The notes beneath the pieces are model-generated. The model made no database searches, was not told where the DNA came from, and was given only the letters and a program-made list of their open reading frames with translations. This document shows positions 1 to 8,161 of a DNA stretch of 64,000 nucleotides, in pieces (the stretch's first letter is position 1; each line of letters begins with the position of its first letter). The stretch is taken from positions 60,437-124,436 of the forward strand of contig CAZNDX010000001.1 of assembly GCA_964572035.1 (NCBI GenBank), read 5' to 3'. The position numbers and the translations under genes are program-made. This DNA is from an uncultured Methanosarcinales archaeon (GTDB lineage Archaea > Nanobdellota > Nanobdellia > Woesearchaeales > ARS49).

Positions 1-245
1 CCAATTCTAACATTGTTTTCCCAAACACCCGCGTAAAACCTCGCGAACTGCAAAGAAACATTAGGGCCAGACAGGAATTCAGCGTTGCCTCCATCCACGA
101 AAATTATTTTTTTGGAAGACTCGGGCGAAAGGGTGAAAAAAGCGTCCTTTCTAATCGGAATCCGCTCCTTTCCCACCAAAATAACAGAGCCGGAATTAAC
201 CAACTTGCCCTGCAAAAACGGAATCAGCCTGTCAAAAACGGACAT
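1..245 (-). CDS. hypothetical protein, N-terminal fragment; the gene continues past the window edge
   Basis: Minus-strand ATG at 243-245 (cat on plus) opens a frame reading MSVFDRLIPFLQGKLVNSGSVILVGKERIPIRK... with no stop before position 1. It is missing from the ORF track because it is truncated. Confidence 0.4.
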   Translation of the reverse strand, partial: MSVFDRLIPFLQGKLVNSGSVILVGKERIPIRKDAFFTLSPESSKKIIFVDGGNAEFLSGPNVSLQFARFYAGVWENNVRI

Positions 246-285
246 ATGAAAGAATCAAACATTCCAATTAAAAAGAATATCGCAA

Positions 286-750
286 CTACAAACCAAGAAT
301 GTGGAACCCGCCAACGGAAATCGCCAAAACAATCAAACCCTCCACAAAACGCCCCGCAACCAAAGCGGCATAGCTCTTCCATCTTGACAAATCAAAAAAC
401 CACGCGGCAAGAGCACCAGTATAGCCTCCAGTTCCAGGAAACGGAAGGGAGACAAACAAAAGCAAGCCCCACGCGCCATATTTCTCGACATAAGGATGCG
501 CCTTGTGCCTTGTCTTCTCCATAAACTTGTCAAACAAAGAACGATAATGGCCGTGATGCATAAAACGGTGATGAATGTAATCAAGAAAGAAAAAAACAAA
601 GGGAAGCGCGGCAATATTCGCGATAACGCACAAAAAATAAGCAGCTATCGGATGAAGACCAGCGGCCATCGCCACAGGAATACCCCACCTAACTTCCAAA
701 ATCGGCAAAAAGCTGCCAATAACCGCAAGAGCAATCAGCCAGTAATCCAT
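286..750 (-). CDS. small polytopic membrane protein (COG2426 / small multidrug-export-like)
   Basis: 154-aa ORF with 4 hydrophobic segments and a GIP/Pro-rich TM pattern. The coding strand is A-rich. Confidence 0.45.
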   Translation of the reverse strand: MDYWLIALAVIGSFLPILEVRWGIPVAMAAGLHPIAAYFLCVIANIAALPFVFFFLDYIHHRFMHHGHYRSLFDKFMEKTRHKAHPYVEKYGAWGLLLFVSLPFPGTGGYTGALAAWFFDLSRWKSYAALVAGRFVEGLIVLAISVGGFHILGL

Positions 751-1970
751 ACCTTCTTCACCCTCGATTTAACATAATCGTCCTTGAACAAATCCTTAAC
801 AACATGCTCAGGCCTTGTTTCCTCACGCTCAATTTTCGCCCAAACACGGCCGTCTTTCACAAACGTTTTTGAATATCTCTTTTTGAATTCTTTGACAGCA
901 GACTCAATCTTCAACGGAGGACCCATCCAGTCCATAACCTTCGGAAGCTCTCTCGTCTTGAGCAAAAACCACCACTGGCCCTCATCATTACGATTCCAAC
1001 TCCAGCCGGAATCCAAAACAACAAAATCAGACAAATGATTTCTAATAAACTCAAAAGCGCGGACAAACTTGGTGCCGGAAATATCCTCTTTGTCAATAAG
1101 AGACAGAACGCCAACCTTAACAACGTGACCTTTCTTTCTCAACTTCTCAAAATCAATCTCTTTTTCCTCAAAACAATCAAGAGATGGCTTTTTAACGTAA
1201 GATTTCGCAGCTTCAATAAAACGATAAAAATTCTCATCAGTCAAGGCGGCGGCCGCGTTTCGGTTTGGCTGAACGGGATCAACCAATACCAAAGGACCTT
1301 CAGTCTTGCTCTTGTTAAGCACCAGCAAAGCCCTGCCCTTCAACGCGTTGTTGTAATCAAGAACAACCTTAGAACTCCACTTAGTCGCGGCCCTAATGAG
1401 CTTATCAAAACCGCCGTAATAAATCGTCAAAATATCAACAACATGGCCGGAAAAACCGCGAATATAACTCTCAGCGCCATAACACTTCGAGGCTTTGCAA
1501 AACTTTTTCACAAGACGAATGTCATCCTTAAACTTTTTCCCCTTCTTATTTACCCACGCGACGTGCAACGGCGAGAAATCAGTAACATTAACAGCATCCT
1601 TCGCCTTTCTTATGTCAAGAACGGGAACAAGCTCATATTTGACTTCATCCCGCACCCAAAAATAATCACGGCTGCCGTGCAAACGCTCAAACTTAAAAGG
1701 TTTCAAGGCCCGCTCAAGCAAATCGCTAATGTTATGGTCTTTATGCTTAAGATTGAACTTCACGAAAACATCAACATCATAATCGCCGGACAGCCAAGTG
1801 TCCTTCGCGTAACTGCCGCCCAAAACCGCCTTCGCAGCGATTTTATTTTTTTTAAGACTTTTATTGACAGAATCCAAAAACGCCTTAACAGACTTCAAAA
1901 CCTTTGAACGCTCCACCTTGCTCGGAACAATCTTGGACAAAACCTCTTTTCTAACTGAATTTTTCGACAT
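735..1970 (-). CDS. cca: archaeal CCA-adding enzyme (class I tRNA nucleotidyltransferase)
   Basis: 411 aa. It contains a GGSYAKDTWLSGDYDVDVFV nucleotidyltransferase motif (GS...D.D pair) and has length and architecture typical of archaeal CCA enzymes. Confidence 0.85.
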   Translation of the reverse strand: MSKNSVRKEVLSKIVPSKVERSKVLKSVKAFLDSVNKSLKKNKIAAKAVLGGSYAKDTWLSGDYDVDVFVKFNLKHKDHNISDLLERALKPFKFERLHGSRDYFWVRDEVKYELVPVLDIRKAKDAVNVTDFSPLHVAWVNKKGKKFKDDIRLVKKFCKASKCYGAESYIRGFSGHVVDILTIYYGGFDKLIRAATKWSSKVVLDYNNALKGRALLVLNKSKTEGPLVLVDPVQPNRNAAAALTDENFYRFIEAAKSYVKKPSLDCFEEKEIDFEKLRKKGHVVKVGVLSLIDKEDISGTKFVRAFEFIRNHLSDFVVLDSGWSWNRNDEGQWWFLLKTRELPKVMDWMGPPLKIESAVKEFKKRYSKTFVKDGRVWAKIEREETRPEHVVKDLFKDDYVKSRVKKVWITG

Positions 1971-2067
1971 TGAACAAAGATATGGAATATCCCTTTAAAA
2001 AATATGAGGAAAAAAACCATTTGGAGTAGTAACTAAACTTTATAAACACACGACGGATACAACACGT

Positions 2068-3255
2068 ATGATGGACGCGCTGCAAATAACGACATCAATC
2101 GCGGTACTCTTGTTCATAGGACTCATTTGCAGCTGGATAGGAAGGCAAATAAAACTGCCAGACGTTCTTTTGCTGCTTGGAGTCGGAATATTATTTGGGC
2201 ACTTGCAATACAAAGGACTGCCACTAGTGGACTTTCCACCCGCGTTTCTAAGCAGCCTCGCGATATTAGCGCTGGCGATGATAGTATTCGACGGAACCGC
2301 AAGATTACGTCTTCGCGAGCTAGACACGTTCTCATTAAAGGCAGTTAAACTCATAACAATATTCACACTGTTCATACTGATATTTTTCGCAATAGCCGCT
2401 CACTACATACTCGGGCTGGACTTCTGGACAAGCCTTCTTTTCGCGGCGATAATGACAGGAACAGGACCAGAAGCAGTGTTCGCGTTCACCCAAAAACTGC
2501 GAGTGTTCACAATTTTGAAATTGGAGAGCATTTTCAACACGCCGGTCAGCGTCATCCTGCCATTTTTGATACTTGACCTTTCAAAAAACGTGGCAACTGG
2601 AGCGGTAACAGAATTCGCAGAACAACTCGTGCCATTCATACTCGCGCTAGTCGTTGGAATCGGCTCAGGAGTATTCGTCGGAATAATACTGTTCAAAATC
2701 GTCCAAAAAGTATACGCGGACATCTACTCACCACTCGCAGTAATCGTCGCCGCACTTCTGTCATACGTCCTCGCTGAAAACCTAGGAGGAAGCGGAGTCC
2801 TCGCAGTAACAGCGCTCGGAGTATTCTTCGGAAACGTCTACGTAAAAGAAAAAATGACACTATTGGACATAGAATCAGTATTCGCCAAAACACTCCACAT
2901 ACTAGTCTTCATTTTGGCAGGAGTCGTCATTAAACTGCCACTGACAGCGGAATTTTTCATAAAATCAGGACTATTATTCGCAGCGTACCTCGCAATAAGA
3001 TTCATCTGCGTCTATCTGTCATTCAGAGACTTCACAAAAGGAGAGCTCGCAATACTCACACTATGCGCTCCAAAAGGAATCGCGACAGCCGCAGTAATTT
3101 TCATTTTGGCAGTCAGCGGAGCGCCTGACATCGTCGTTGACATGACCTTCGCGTTCGTGATATACAGCATATTCGTCGCGGCAATCGCCAGCTTCATAGT
3201 ATCAAGACACCTAGACCATGAAAACCATTTTGCTAGACACAAGCTTCCTCGTTGA
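2068..3255 (+). CDS. cation:proton (Na+/H+) antiporter, CPA1/NhaP-like
   Basis: 395 aa with about 11 TM segments. The N-terminus IGRQIKLPDVLLLLGVGILFG resembles the Na_H_exchanger family signature. Confidence 0.7.
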   Translation: MMDALQITTSIAVLLFIGLICSWIGRQIKLPDVLLLLGVGILFGHLQYKGLPLVDFPPAFLSSLAILALAMIVFDGTARLRLRELDTFSLKAVKLITIFTLFILIFFAIAAHYILGLDFWTSLLFAAIMTGTGPEAVFAFTQKLRVFTILKLESIFNTPVSVILPFLILDLSKNVATGAVTEFAEQLVPFILALVVGIGSGVFVGIILFKIVQKVYADIYSPLAVIVAALLSYVLAENLGGSGVLAVTALGVFFGNVYVKEKMTLLDIESVFAKTLHILVFILAGVVIKLPLTAEFFIKSGLLFAAYLAIRFICVYLSFRDFTKGELAILTLCAPKGIATAAVIFILAVSGAPDIVVDMTFAFVIYSIFVAAIASFIVSRHLDHENHFARHKLPR

Positions 3256-3604
3256 CTGCGTCAAAAACAAAGTAGACATCTGGCGCGAACTAGACAGAAT
3301 ACTCCCCCATAACTTCATGGTGGGAATACTTGACAGAACAATGGACGAGCTTGACACCATAATCACGACAAAAAAAGGAAAAGAAAGGGATGGAGCAAAA
3401 CTCGCAAAAACAATATTACTAACCAAACACGTCACGATTTACCCAACAGAAGGAGGACATACTGATACCCTGCTTCTTCGAAAAGCCGACGAGAACCACG
3501 TTGTGGCGACAAGCGACGGGGCGCTCAAGAAAAAACTAAAGGCAAAAAAACAAAGCGTCGTGATTTTACGAGGACAGAAAAAACTCGCACTAATTGAAGC
3601 CTAA
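3218..3604 (+). CDS. PIN-domain nuclease, Fcf1/Utp24-like
   Basis: 128 aa. LLDTSFLV... acidic residues are spaced as in archaeal Fcf1-type PIN domains. It overlaps the antiporter 3' end by 38 nt. Confidence 0.5.
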   Translation: MKTILLDTSFLVDCVKNKVDIWRELDRILPHNFMVGILDRTMDELDTIITTKKGKERDGAKLAKTILLTKHVTIYPTEGGHTDTLLLRKADENHVVATSDGALKKKLKAKKQSVVILRGQKKLALIEA

Positions 3605-4287
3605 TAATTCCAATTCAACTTCTTCGCGACTTCCTCAGTCATTCTGGAACGCAATAAGCCGAGAAAATTTTTCTTAAAATAATCCTCCGCCCCAGAAATC
3701 ATGATCTTCTCTGCCCTGCTCAAATGAAGAGAGCAAAAATACTCCAAAGCGGAACGCTCAGCCTCATCAATATAACCCTTGTATGAATTAAGAACAACAT
3801 CAAAAACCTGGCGAGTTAAACTCACTCCCTTAACGCAATCTTTCGCGCACTTTCTGGCCCTGTCGACAAGACTCGCAGCGATAGTGGTCGCCTGATAGGA
3901 AGAAACAAGAGTATCCAACGAAGCGAGCTTAAACGGATCTTCATCAGGAAAAATAAACAAAGGATCAACAACACGATCAATAACAAACCAAGGCTCATAC
4001 GAAAAAGAAGTCTTTAACGAACCGCTTTCATTCACAGAATCCACCAAAAGCTTGAAACCAGCAGAATAATAGTCCCTACCAATAGGAACGCACAAACAAA
4101 AATCAGGCCAGTCAAACTTTTTCAACTCCTCAACCTGGCGCTTATAGCCATTAAGCTCGTTCACAACAGAAGGAAGCTTAACCTTGGGCCTGACAACGGA
4201 ATCATACAAATCAGACCCCAACTTCCTTGAAATGTCAATATTCAACTCCTTAATGTGCCACTTCTTAGCGTTGCGATTGCCGGACAT
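3601..4287 (-). CDS. hypothetical protein
   Basis: 228-aa ORF with A-rich sense strand and no recognisable motif. A TATA-like ttaatata at 4305-4312 sits upstream on its strand. Confidence 0.4.
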   Translation of the reverse strand: MSGNRNAKKWHIKELNIDISRKLGSDLYDSVVRPKVKLPSVVNELNGYKRQVEELKKFDWPDFCLCVPIGRDYYSAGFKLLVDSVNESGSLKTSFSYEPWFVIDRVVDPLFIFPDEDPFKLASLDTLVSSYQATTIAASLVDRARKCAKDCVKGVSLTRQVFDVVLNSYKGYIDEAERSALEYFCSLHLSRAEKIMISGAEDYFKKNFLGLLRSRMTEEVAKKLNWNY

Positions 4288-4350
4288 GGAAAAGTTGGAT
4301 GAATGGTTGGTTAATATAGTTTGTTAGTGGGAAAAACAATAAAACCATAA

Positions 4351-4379
4351 TGAGGGGGCTCTCGGTCGCCGCCCCCTCA
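4351..4379. promoter_or_regulatory. GC-rich hairpin (9-bp stem tgagggggc/gccccctca) in the intergenic region upstream of rpoE
   Basis: Perfect inverted repeat read directly from the sequence. It is one of two GGGGGC-containing hairpins in the leader region. Confidence 0.4.
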
Positions 4380-4401
4380 TACTCCCCGCGACAGCGCAAC
4401 C

Positions 4402-4409
4402 TTTATAAA
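4402..4409 (+). promoter_or_regulatory. TATA box (tttataaa) for the rpoE-spt4-rps24e-rps27ae operon
   Basis: Canonical archaeal TATA octamer about 65-80 nt upstream of the candidate start codons 4473/4488. Confidence 0.5.
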
Positions 4410-4439
4410 CCCCCTTCAGGGAATATCGACTATAATGAG

Positions 4440-4470
4440 ATAGCGGGGGCGTCTAATTGCAGCCCGCTAT
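4440..4470 (+). promoter_or_regulatory. 5' leader hairpin (atagcggg...cccgctat, 8-bp stem) immediately before the rpoE start codon
   Basis: Inverted repeat located between the predicted TSS (about 4435) and the start codon. Confidence 0.4.
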
Positions 4471-4487
4471 TGATGGAGACCAAAAAA

Positions 4488-5066
4488 ATGTTTTACAAAA
4501 CACAAGTCAAAGACCACATCAGAGTACCGCCTCGATTCTTCCAATACAGCGTAGAAGAAGCAGTCTTGCGCGCAGTAAAAGAAAAATACGACGGCCTAAT
4601 CGACCCAGCCCTTGGAGTCGTAATCGACGTATCAGACGTCAAAGAAGTAGGGGAAGGCATCATAATCCACGGAGACGGAGCAACATACTACGACACCACG
4701 TTCAACTTACTGTGCTTCGTTCCAGAACTGCACGAAGTATGCGGCGGAAAAATCAAAGACATCGCAGACTTCGGAGCGTTCATAACACTAGGACCAATTG
4801 ACGGCATGATACACGTCTCCCAAACAATGGACGACTTCGTAACATTCGCCAAAGAAAAAGTGTTAACCGGAAGGGACAGCAAGAAAACCCTCAAAGTAGG
4901 AGACTCCTGCGTCGCAAGAGTCATCGCAGTATCATTCAAAGACGTCACCAATCCAAAGATTGGTTTGACAATGAGACAGCCAGGACTTGGAAAAACAGAC
5001 TGGATGAAAGAAGAGCCAAAAGCCGCGGCTTCCGAAGCCGACAAGAAGGTGAAGAAAGATGAGTAA
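4488..5066 (+). CDS. rpoE: DNA-directed RNA polymerase subunit E' (Rpo7)
   Basis: MFYKTQVKDHIRVPP... N-terminal domain with an S1 domain. An in-frame ATG at 4473 is an alternative start. The track ORF begins at 4350 but includes the promoter hairpins, so it is trimmed here. It is followed by spt4, S24e and S27ae as in the conserved archaeal cluster. Confidence 0.85.
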   Translation: MFYKTQVKDHIRVPPRFFQYSVEEAVLRAVKEKYDGLIDPALGVVIDVSDVKEVGEGIIIHGDGATYYDTTFNLLCFVPELHEVCGGKIKDIADFGAFITLGPIDGMIHVSQTMDDFVTFAKEKVLTGRDSKKTLKVGDSCVARVIAVSFKDVTNPKIGLTMRQPGLGKTDWMKEEPKAAASEADKKVKKDE

Positions 5067-5247
5067 AAAACACGCCTGCAAACTCTGCAAAGCCCTATAT
5101 GAGGGAAGCGAATGCCCACTATGCAAAGCTAAACAGCCAATACAGGGCTGGAAAGGAAGAATCAACATCATTGACGCGAAACAAAGCGACATAGCCAAAA
5201 AAATCGGCGCGGAACACGACGCCGAATACGCAATCAAGGTGAACTAA
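5059..5247 (+). CDS. spt4: transcription elongation factor Spt4 / RNAP subunit E''
   Basis: 62 aa with a zinc ribbon CKLC...CPLC. Conserved position after rpoE. Confidence 0.85.
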   Translation: MSKKHACKLCKALYEGSECPLCKAKQPIQGWKGRINIIDAKQSDIAKKIGAEHDAEYAIKVN

Positions 5248-5529
5248 ATGGACATACAAATAAAAGAAAACAAACTATTACACCGAAAAGAAGTCACAGG
5301 AACACTAGCGTTCACTGGAGCCACACCAAGCAACAAAGACGTTCAAGCAAAACTGGCTGAACACTTCAAGGTAACTCCAGAACAAGTCGCTGTAAAACAC
5401 ATTTACACAGACTTCGGGAAACCGTTCGCGAAATACGAAGCGAACGTTTACGACTCAAAAGAATTCTTGGACAAACTAGAGCCAAAGAAGAAAGAACCAA
5501 AAGCGGCGGCAGCGCCAGCAGCGAAGTGA
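5248..5529 (+). CDS. rps24e: 30S ribosomal protein S24e
   Basis: 93 aa. LHRKEV...TPS.KDV.AKLA motif typical of S24e. Alanine-rich tail. Confidence 0.85.
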   Translation: MDIQIKENKLLHRKEVTGTLAFTGATPSNKDVQAKLAEHFKVTPEQVAVKHIYTDFGKPFAKYEANVYDSKEFLDKLEPKKKEPKAAAAPAAK

Positions 5530-5726
5530 TAACAATGGCAGAAAAGAAAGAAGTCAAAAAAGGACCGCCAACAACCGGCGCGTGGAAAAGATACAAAATC
5601 TCAGGCGACAAAATAGAAAAACTAAACAAAAGCTGTCCAAAATGCGGACCAGGATTCCTCTTGGCAAACCACAAGGACAGAAAAGTCTGCGGAGCCTGCG
5701 GATACGCCGAGTTTACGAAGAAGTAA
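5526..5726 (+). CDS. rps27ae: 30S ribosomal protein S27ae
   Basis: 66 aa. CPKCGPGFLLANHKDRKVCGACGY zinc ribbon characteristic of S27a/S27ae. ATGA overlap with S24e. Confidence 0.85.
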   Translation: MITMAEKKEVKKGPPTTGAWKRYKISGDKIEKLNKSCPKCGPGFLLANHKDRKVCGACGYAEFTKK

Positions 5727-5761
5727 ATATTTTTTATTATCTAATTCAATAAAAGGGGAAA

Positions 5762-6124
5762 ATGAACGGATACATAACAAACATAGAAAAAGAAACTTTG
5801 GATAATAAAAATTACAGAAAAGTTCTCTACACAGCAAAACACAGCCAACTGGTCGTAATGAGTCTCAAGCCAGGGGAAGAAATAGGCGAGGAAACACACC
5901 ACCTAGACCAGTTCATACGAATAGAACAGGGAGAGGCAAAAGCGCTGTTGAATGGAAAAGAACACAAACTGAAGGCAGACTGGGCAGTGATAATACCCGC
6001 AGGAACAAAACACAACATAATAAACACCGGCAAGAAGGAACTCAAATTATACTCAATATATTCACCTCCAGAACACAAACCGGGAACAATACACAAAACA
6101 AAAGCTGACGAGCCAGGACATTAG
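5762..6124 (+). CDS. cupin-domain protein
   Basis: 120 aa. G(X)5HXH...E...G...H pattern (PGEEIGEETHHLDQ...IIPAGTKHNIIN) of the cupin_2 fold. Confidence 0.7.
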   Translation: MNGYITNIEKETLDNKNYRKVLYTAKHSQLVVMSLKPGEEIGEETHHLDQFIRIEQGEAKALLNGKEHKLKADWAVIIPAGTKHNIINTGKKELKLYSIYSPPEHKPGTIHKTKADEPGH

Positions 6125-6189
6125 AATTCTGACTTATTAAAAAAAATCAAAATTTTCTTTTTCATCCTGAAAAATACTAAAGATAAAAG

Positions 6190-6400
6190 AAAACAGTGAA
6201 AAGAGCAGGTGTTGGTCTTTCGCTGTGCGCCTTGACACAACGCCTTTTTTGCTGCAGGGAAAGTTGCGCTCGCGTTATCCCGCGCTCATCTTTCCACTGT
6301 TTCTTTCATAATACCAAAGGGGTTGGTGCACTATAACAACATTTGGAACGAACAGTACGGCTTGTCGTATTCCCAGTCATCTATCTCCATAAATTTTTAG
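6190..6400 (+). ncRNA. candidate structured non-coding RNA (unassigned)
   Basis: About 360 bp with no ORF on either strand in an otherwise tightly packed genome. It has a locally GC-rich core (cgctcgcg / cccgcgctc hairpins). Motifs GGGAAAG and ACAGUACGGCUUG are faintly reminiscent of RNase P RNA CR-I/CR-V, but the match is weak. Confidence 0.2.
6208..6250 (+). terminator. hairpin (ggtgttg...caacgcc, 7 bp with a G-U pair) followed by T6; possible terminator or 5' element of a structured RNA
   Basis: Stem-loop plus oligo-T read from the sequence. It lies 84 nt downstream of the cupin gene stop. Confidence 0.3.
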
Positions 6401-6485
6401 AAAGCGCCGCGCATTAAATACTCTTAAGAACCAAAAATTCACAACACTTAAAAGAAGAAAATTAAGAAAATTAAGATAAAAAAAA

Positions 6486-6818
6486 TTAGACAACAGGCTG
6501 TCTTATCGAGCCAAACGGAGCGGCCTGACCAACAACGTTGTTGTGCGCGCCATACATAATCTGACAACGATTGTTGCACCATGAATCAGTCATCTGGCCA
6601 GCGCCGGCGTGAGCCGCGATAAACTGAACCTGAGACTGACCGTAATACTGAGTTCCAAGGCCGTGATCATACGGAGTATAAGGAGTAATCTGACACCAGC
6701 AACCGCGCTGAGTGGTCATTACTGCTCCAGTAGGATCCGATGACACAAGTCCTATAGCGCTGACGACGCCCACCACGAGAACCGCGGAGAGCACAAAAAT
6801 AGCATGGGAGTTTTCCAT
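6486..6818 (-). CDS. small secreted cysteine-containing protein (signal peptide plus about 85-aa mature part)
   Basis: Start placed at MENSHAIFVLSAVLVVGVVSAIGLVSS (signal/TM). The mature region has CWC...C..RC. The gene is markedly GC-richer than its surroundings. Confidence 0.45.
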   Translation of the reverse strand: MENSHAIFVLSAVLVVGVVSAIGLVSSDPTGAVMTTQRGCWCQITPYTPYDHGLGTQYYGQSQVQFIAAHAGAGQMTDSWCNNRCQIMYGAHNNVVGQAAPFGSIRQPVV

Positions 6819-6897
6819 AGCAACATGAAGACAAGTTTTACTTATTAAAGTTGGGTACGACAAAAGCTATATAATTCTTGAAAAAAACTCAAAATGA

Positions 6898-7257
6898 ATG
6901 GGCAAATACGACCACATTAATTTTAGACCGCCACTTGCTGTAAGAAAAGCGGCGAAAAGAGGGCTGGAACTGCGCAAAAAATTCCACAGAGGCGGAATCA
7001 GCACACAAAAAGCGGGCAAACTAGGAATAGGGTCAGGAATAGAAAGAGCAGTAACACTCGCGAGAGGACTTCACGTCTCACCATCAACAGCAAAAAGAAT
7101 GAACAATTATTTCAACCGCCACCAGAAAGACAGAAAACCAAATTGGGGAAACCCCGCAAAACCCACAAACGGGTACATCGCCTGGCTGTTGTGGGGCGGA
7201 GATCCAGGAAGAGCATGGGCAAGAAAATTAGTCAGGCAAATGAAGGCAGCGGACTAA
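6898..7257 (+). CDS. hypothetical basic protein, translationally coupled to the chaB-like gene
   Basis: 119 aa, lysine/arginine-rich. Its stop TAA overlaps the downstream ATG (TAATG). Confidence 0.45.
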   Translation: MGKYDHINFRPPLAVRKAAKRGLELRKKFHRGGISTQKAGKLGIGSGIERAVTLARGLHVSPSTAKRMNNYFNRHQKDRKPNWGNPAKPTNGYIAWLLWGGDPGRAWARKLVRQMKAAD

Positions 7258-7454
7258 TGCCATACCGCTCAAACACAAAATTGCCGAAACGAATAAGAGA
7301 CAATTTACCACAAGGGGCTCAAACTATTTTTAGAAAAGCGTACAATAACGCATCAAAACAATATCCCACAACAGAAATTCGCAACAAAGTCGCCTGGAGC
7401 GCAGTAAAGCGAGTTTACAAGAAAAAAAGGGAGAAATGGGTTAGAAAAACTTAG
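7257..7454 (+). CDS. chaB: ChaB-family protein
   Basis: MPYRSNTKLPKRIRDNLPQGAQTIFRKAYNNASKQY...KVAWSAVKRVYKKKREKW matches the ChaB consensus (MPY..LP..V...LP.HAQ.IY..AFN.A...KVAW.AVK..Y...KW). The track ORF (7143) is N-terminally over-extended. Confidence 0.75.
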   Translation: MPYRSNTKLPKRIRDNLPQGAQTIFRKAYNNASKQYPTTEIRNKVAWSAVKRVYKKKREKWVRKT

Positions 7455-7500
7455 AAACCCGAAAAATTTATATTACAAACACGGTCTTTTTCTAAAAGGG

Positions 7501-8031
7501 ATGGTACAGGAAGGAATAGATTACAAGATATTACACGATTCGTTATACAAAGCGGCAGACATACTAGAATCCTTTGCTAAATGTGATCTGGATGAAGTGG
7601 CAGATTACGACGATTTACAATCACGAGCTAATTACCTTTTTCTCTCCAAATACGTAAAAGAATCACTGACAATAGTTGGAAACGAACCTGAAAAATGGAA
7701 ATACATCACTGAGCAGTATCTGAAACCTCCAAGCTACAACAATCGAACAAGAAATGAGCTCCCAAAAAAATGCAAAGAGGAAGTTATACAAAGAGATGGA
7801 AACAAATGCAGAGTGTGCGGAAAAGAACAATCACTATCAATACACCACATATTGCCTCATTCATTAAACGGTCTGGACTCCCCTGAAAACTTAATGCAAT
7901 TATGTCAAGAATGCCACAAAAAAGTAAGCAAAAAAGACCCACTTGATATTCTTATAAACGCGGCAATAAAAGGAAAAGCCTCCGGGGGGAATTGCACCCC
8001 CGACCTGCTGATTACAAGTCAGCCGCAATAG
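7501..8031 (+). CDS. HNH endonuclease domain protein
   Basis: The C-terminal region CRVCGK...SIHHILPHSLNGLDSPENLMQLCQECH is a complete HNH motif. The 3' end reads into the tRNA-like element. Confidence 0.7.
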   Translation: MVQEGIDYKILHDSLYKAADILESFAKCDLDEVADYDDLQSRANYLFLSKYVKESLTIVGNEPEKWKYITEQYLKPPSYNNRTRNELPKKCKEEVIQRDGNKCRVCGKEQSLSIHHILPHSLNGLDSPENLMQLCQECHKKVSKKDPLDILINAAIKGKASGGNCTPDLLITSQPQ

Positions 8032-8049
8032 CTACTATGCTACGGAGGC
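7978..8049 (-). pseudogene. degenerate tRNA-like element (anticodon arm reads UGU/Thr-like); possible integration-site remnant
   Basis: The minus strand folds as acceptor GCCUCCG/CGGAGGC (7 bp), anticodon stem GCUGA/UCAGC with loop CUUGUAA, and T-arm GGGGG-UGCAAUU-CCCCC. The D-arm lacks GG and the T-loop has G at position 55, so it is unlikely to be functional. It is followed by T-tract. Confidence 0.4.
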
Positions 8050-8161
8050 AATAGCAACAAAAATCTTGGAACACCTTTAAAAAAGTATCTCTAACATCAC
8101 TTAAAAGTGAACATACTCGCTTAAATATTAAGGATACATATGGAATTATTCTAGTGGTGAG

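Noticed and set aside
246-524. 92-aa plus-strand ORF rich in K, Q and P
   Set aside because: It is antisense to the membrane-protein gene 286-750, has low-complexity composition and has the wrong strand bias (real genes here are A-rich on the sense strand).
1035-1907. 290-aa plus-strand ORF
   Set aside because: It lies entirely inside and antisense to the CCA-enzyme gene. L, N, F and I-rich composition is typical of shadow ORFs in AT-rich DNA.
4457-4801. 114-aa Arg-rich ORF (another Arg-rich ORF lies at 43611-43955)
   Set aside because: Alternate-frame artefacts inside rpoE and rtcB. The poly-Arg/Ser translation comes from an A/G-rich sense strand read out of frame.
6251-6400. Assigning the GC-rich non-coding segment specifically as RNase P RNA
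   Set aside because: GGGAAAG and ACAGNNNGGCUUG-like motifs are present, but the P4 helix complementarity does not hold and the region is shorter than known archaeal RNase P RNAs. It is kept only as an unassigned ncRNA candidate.
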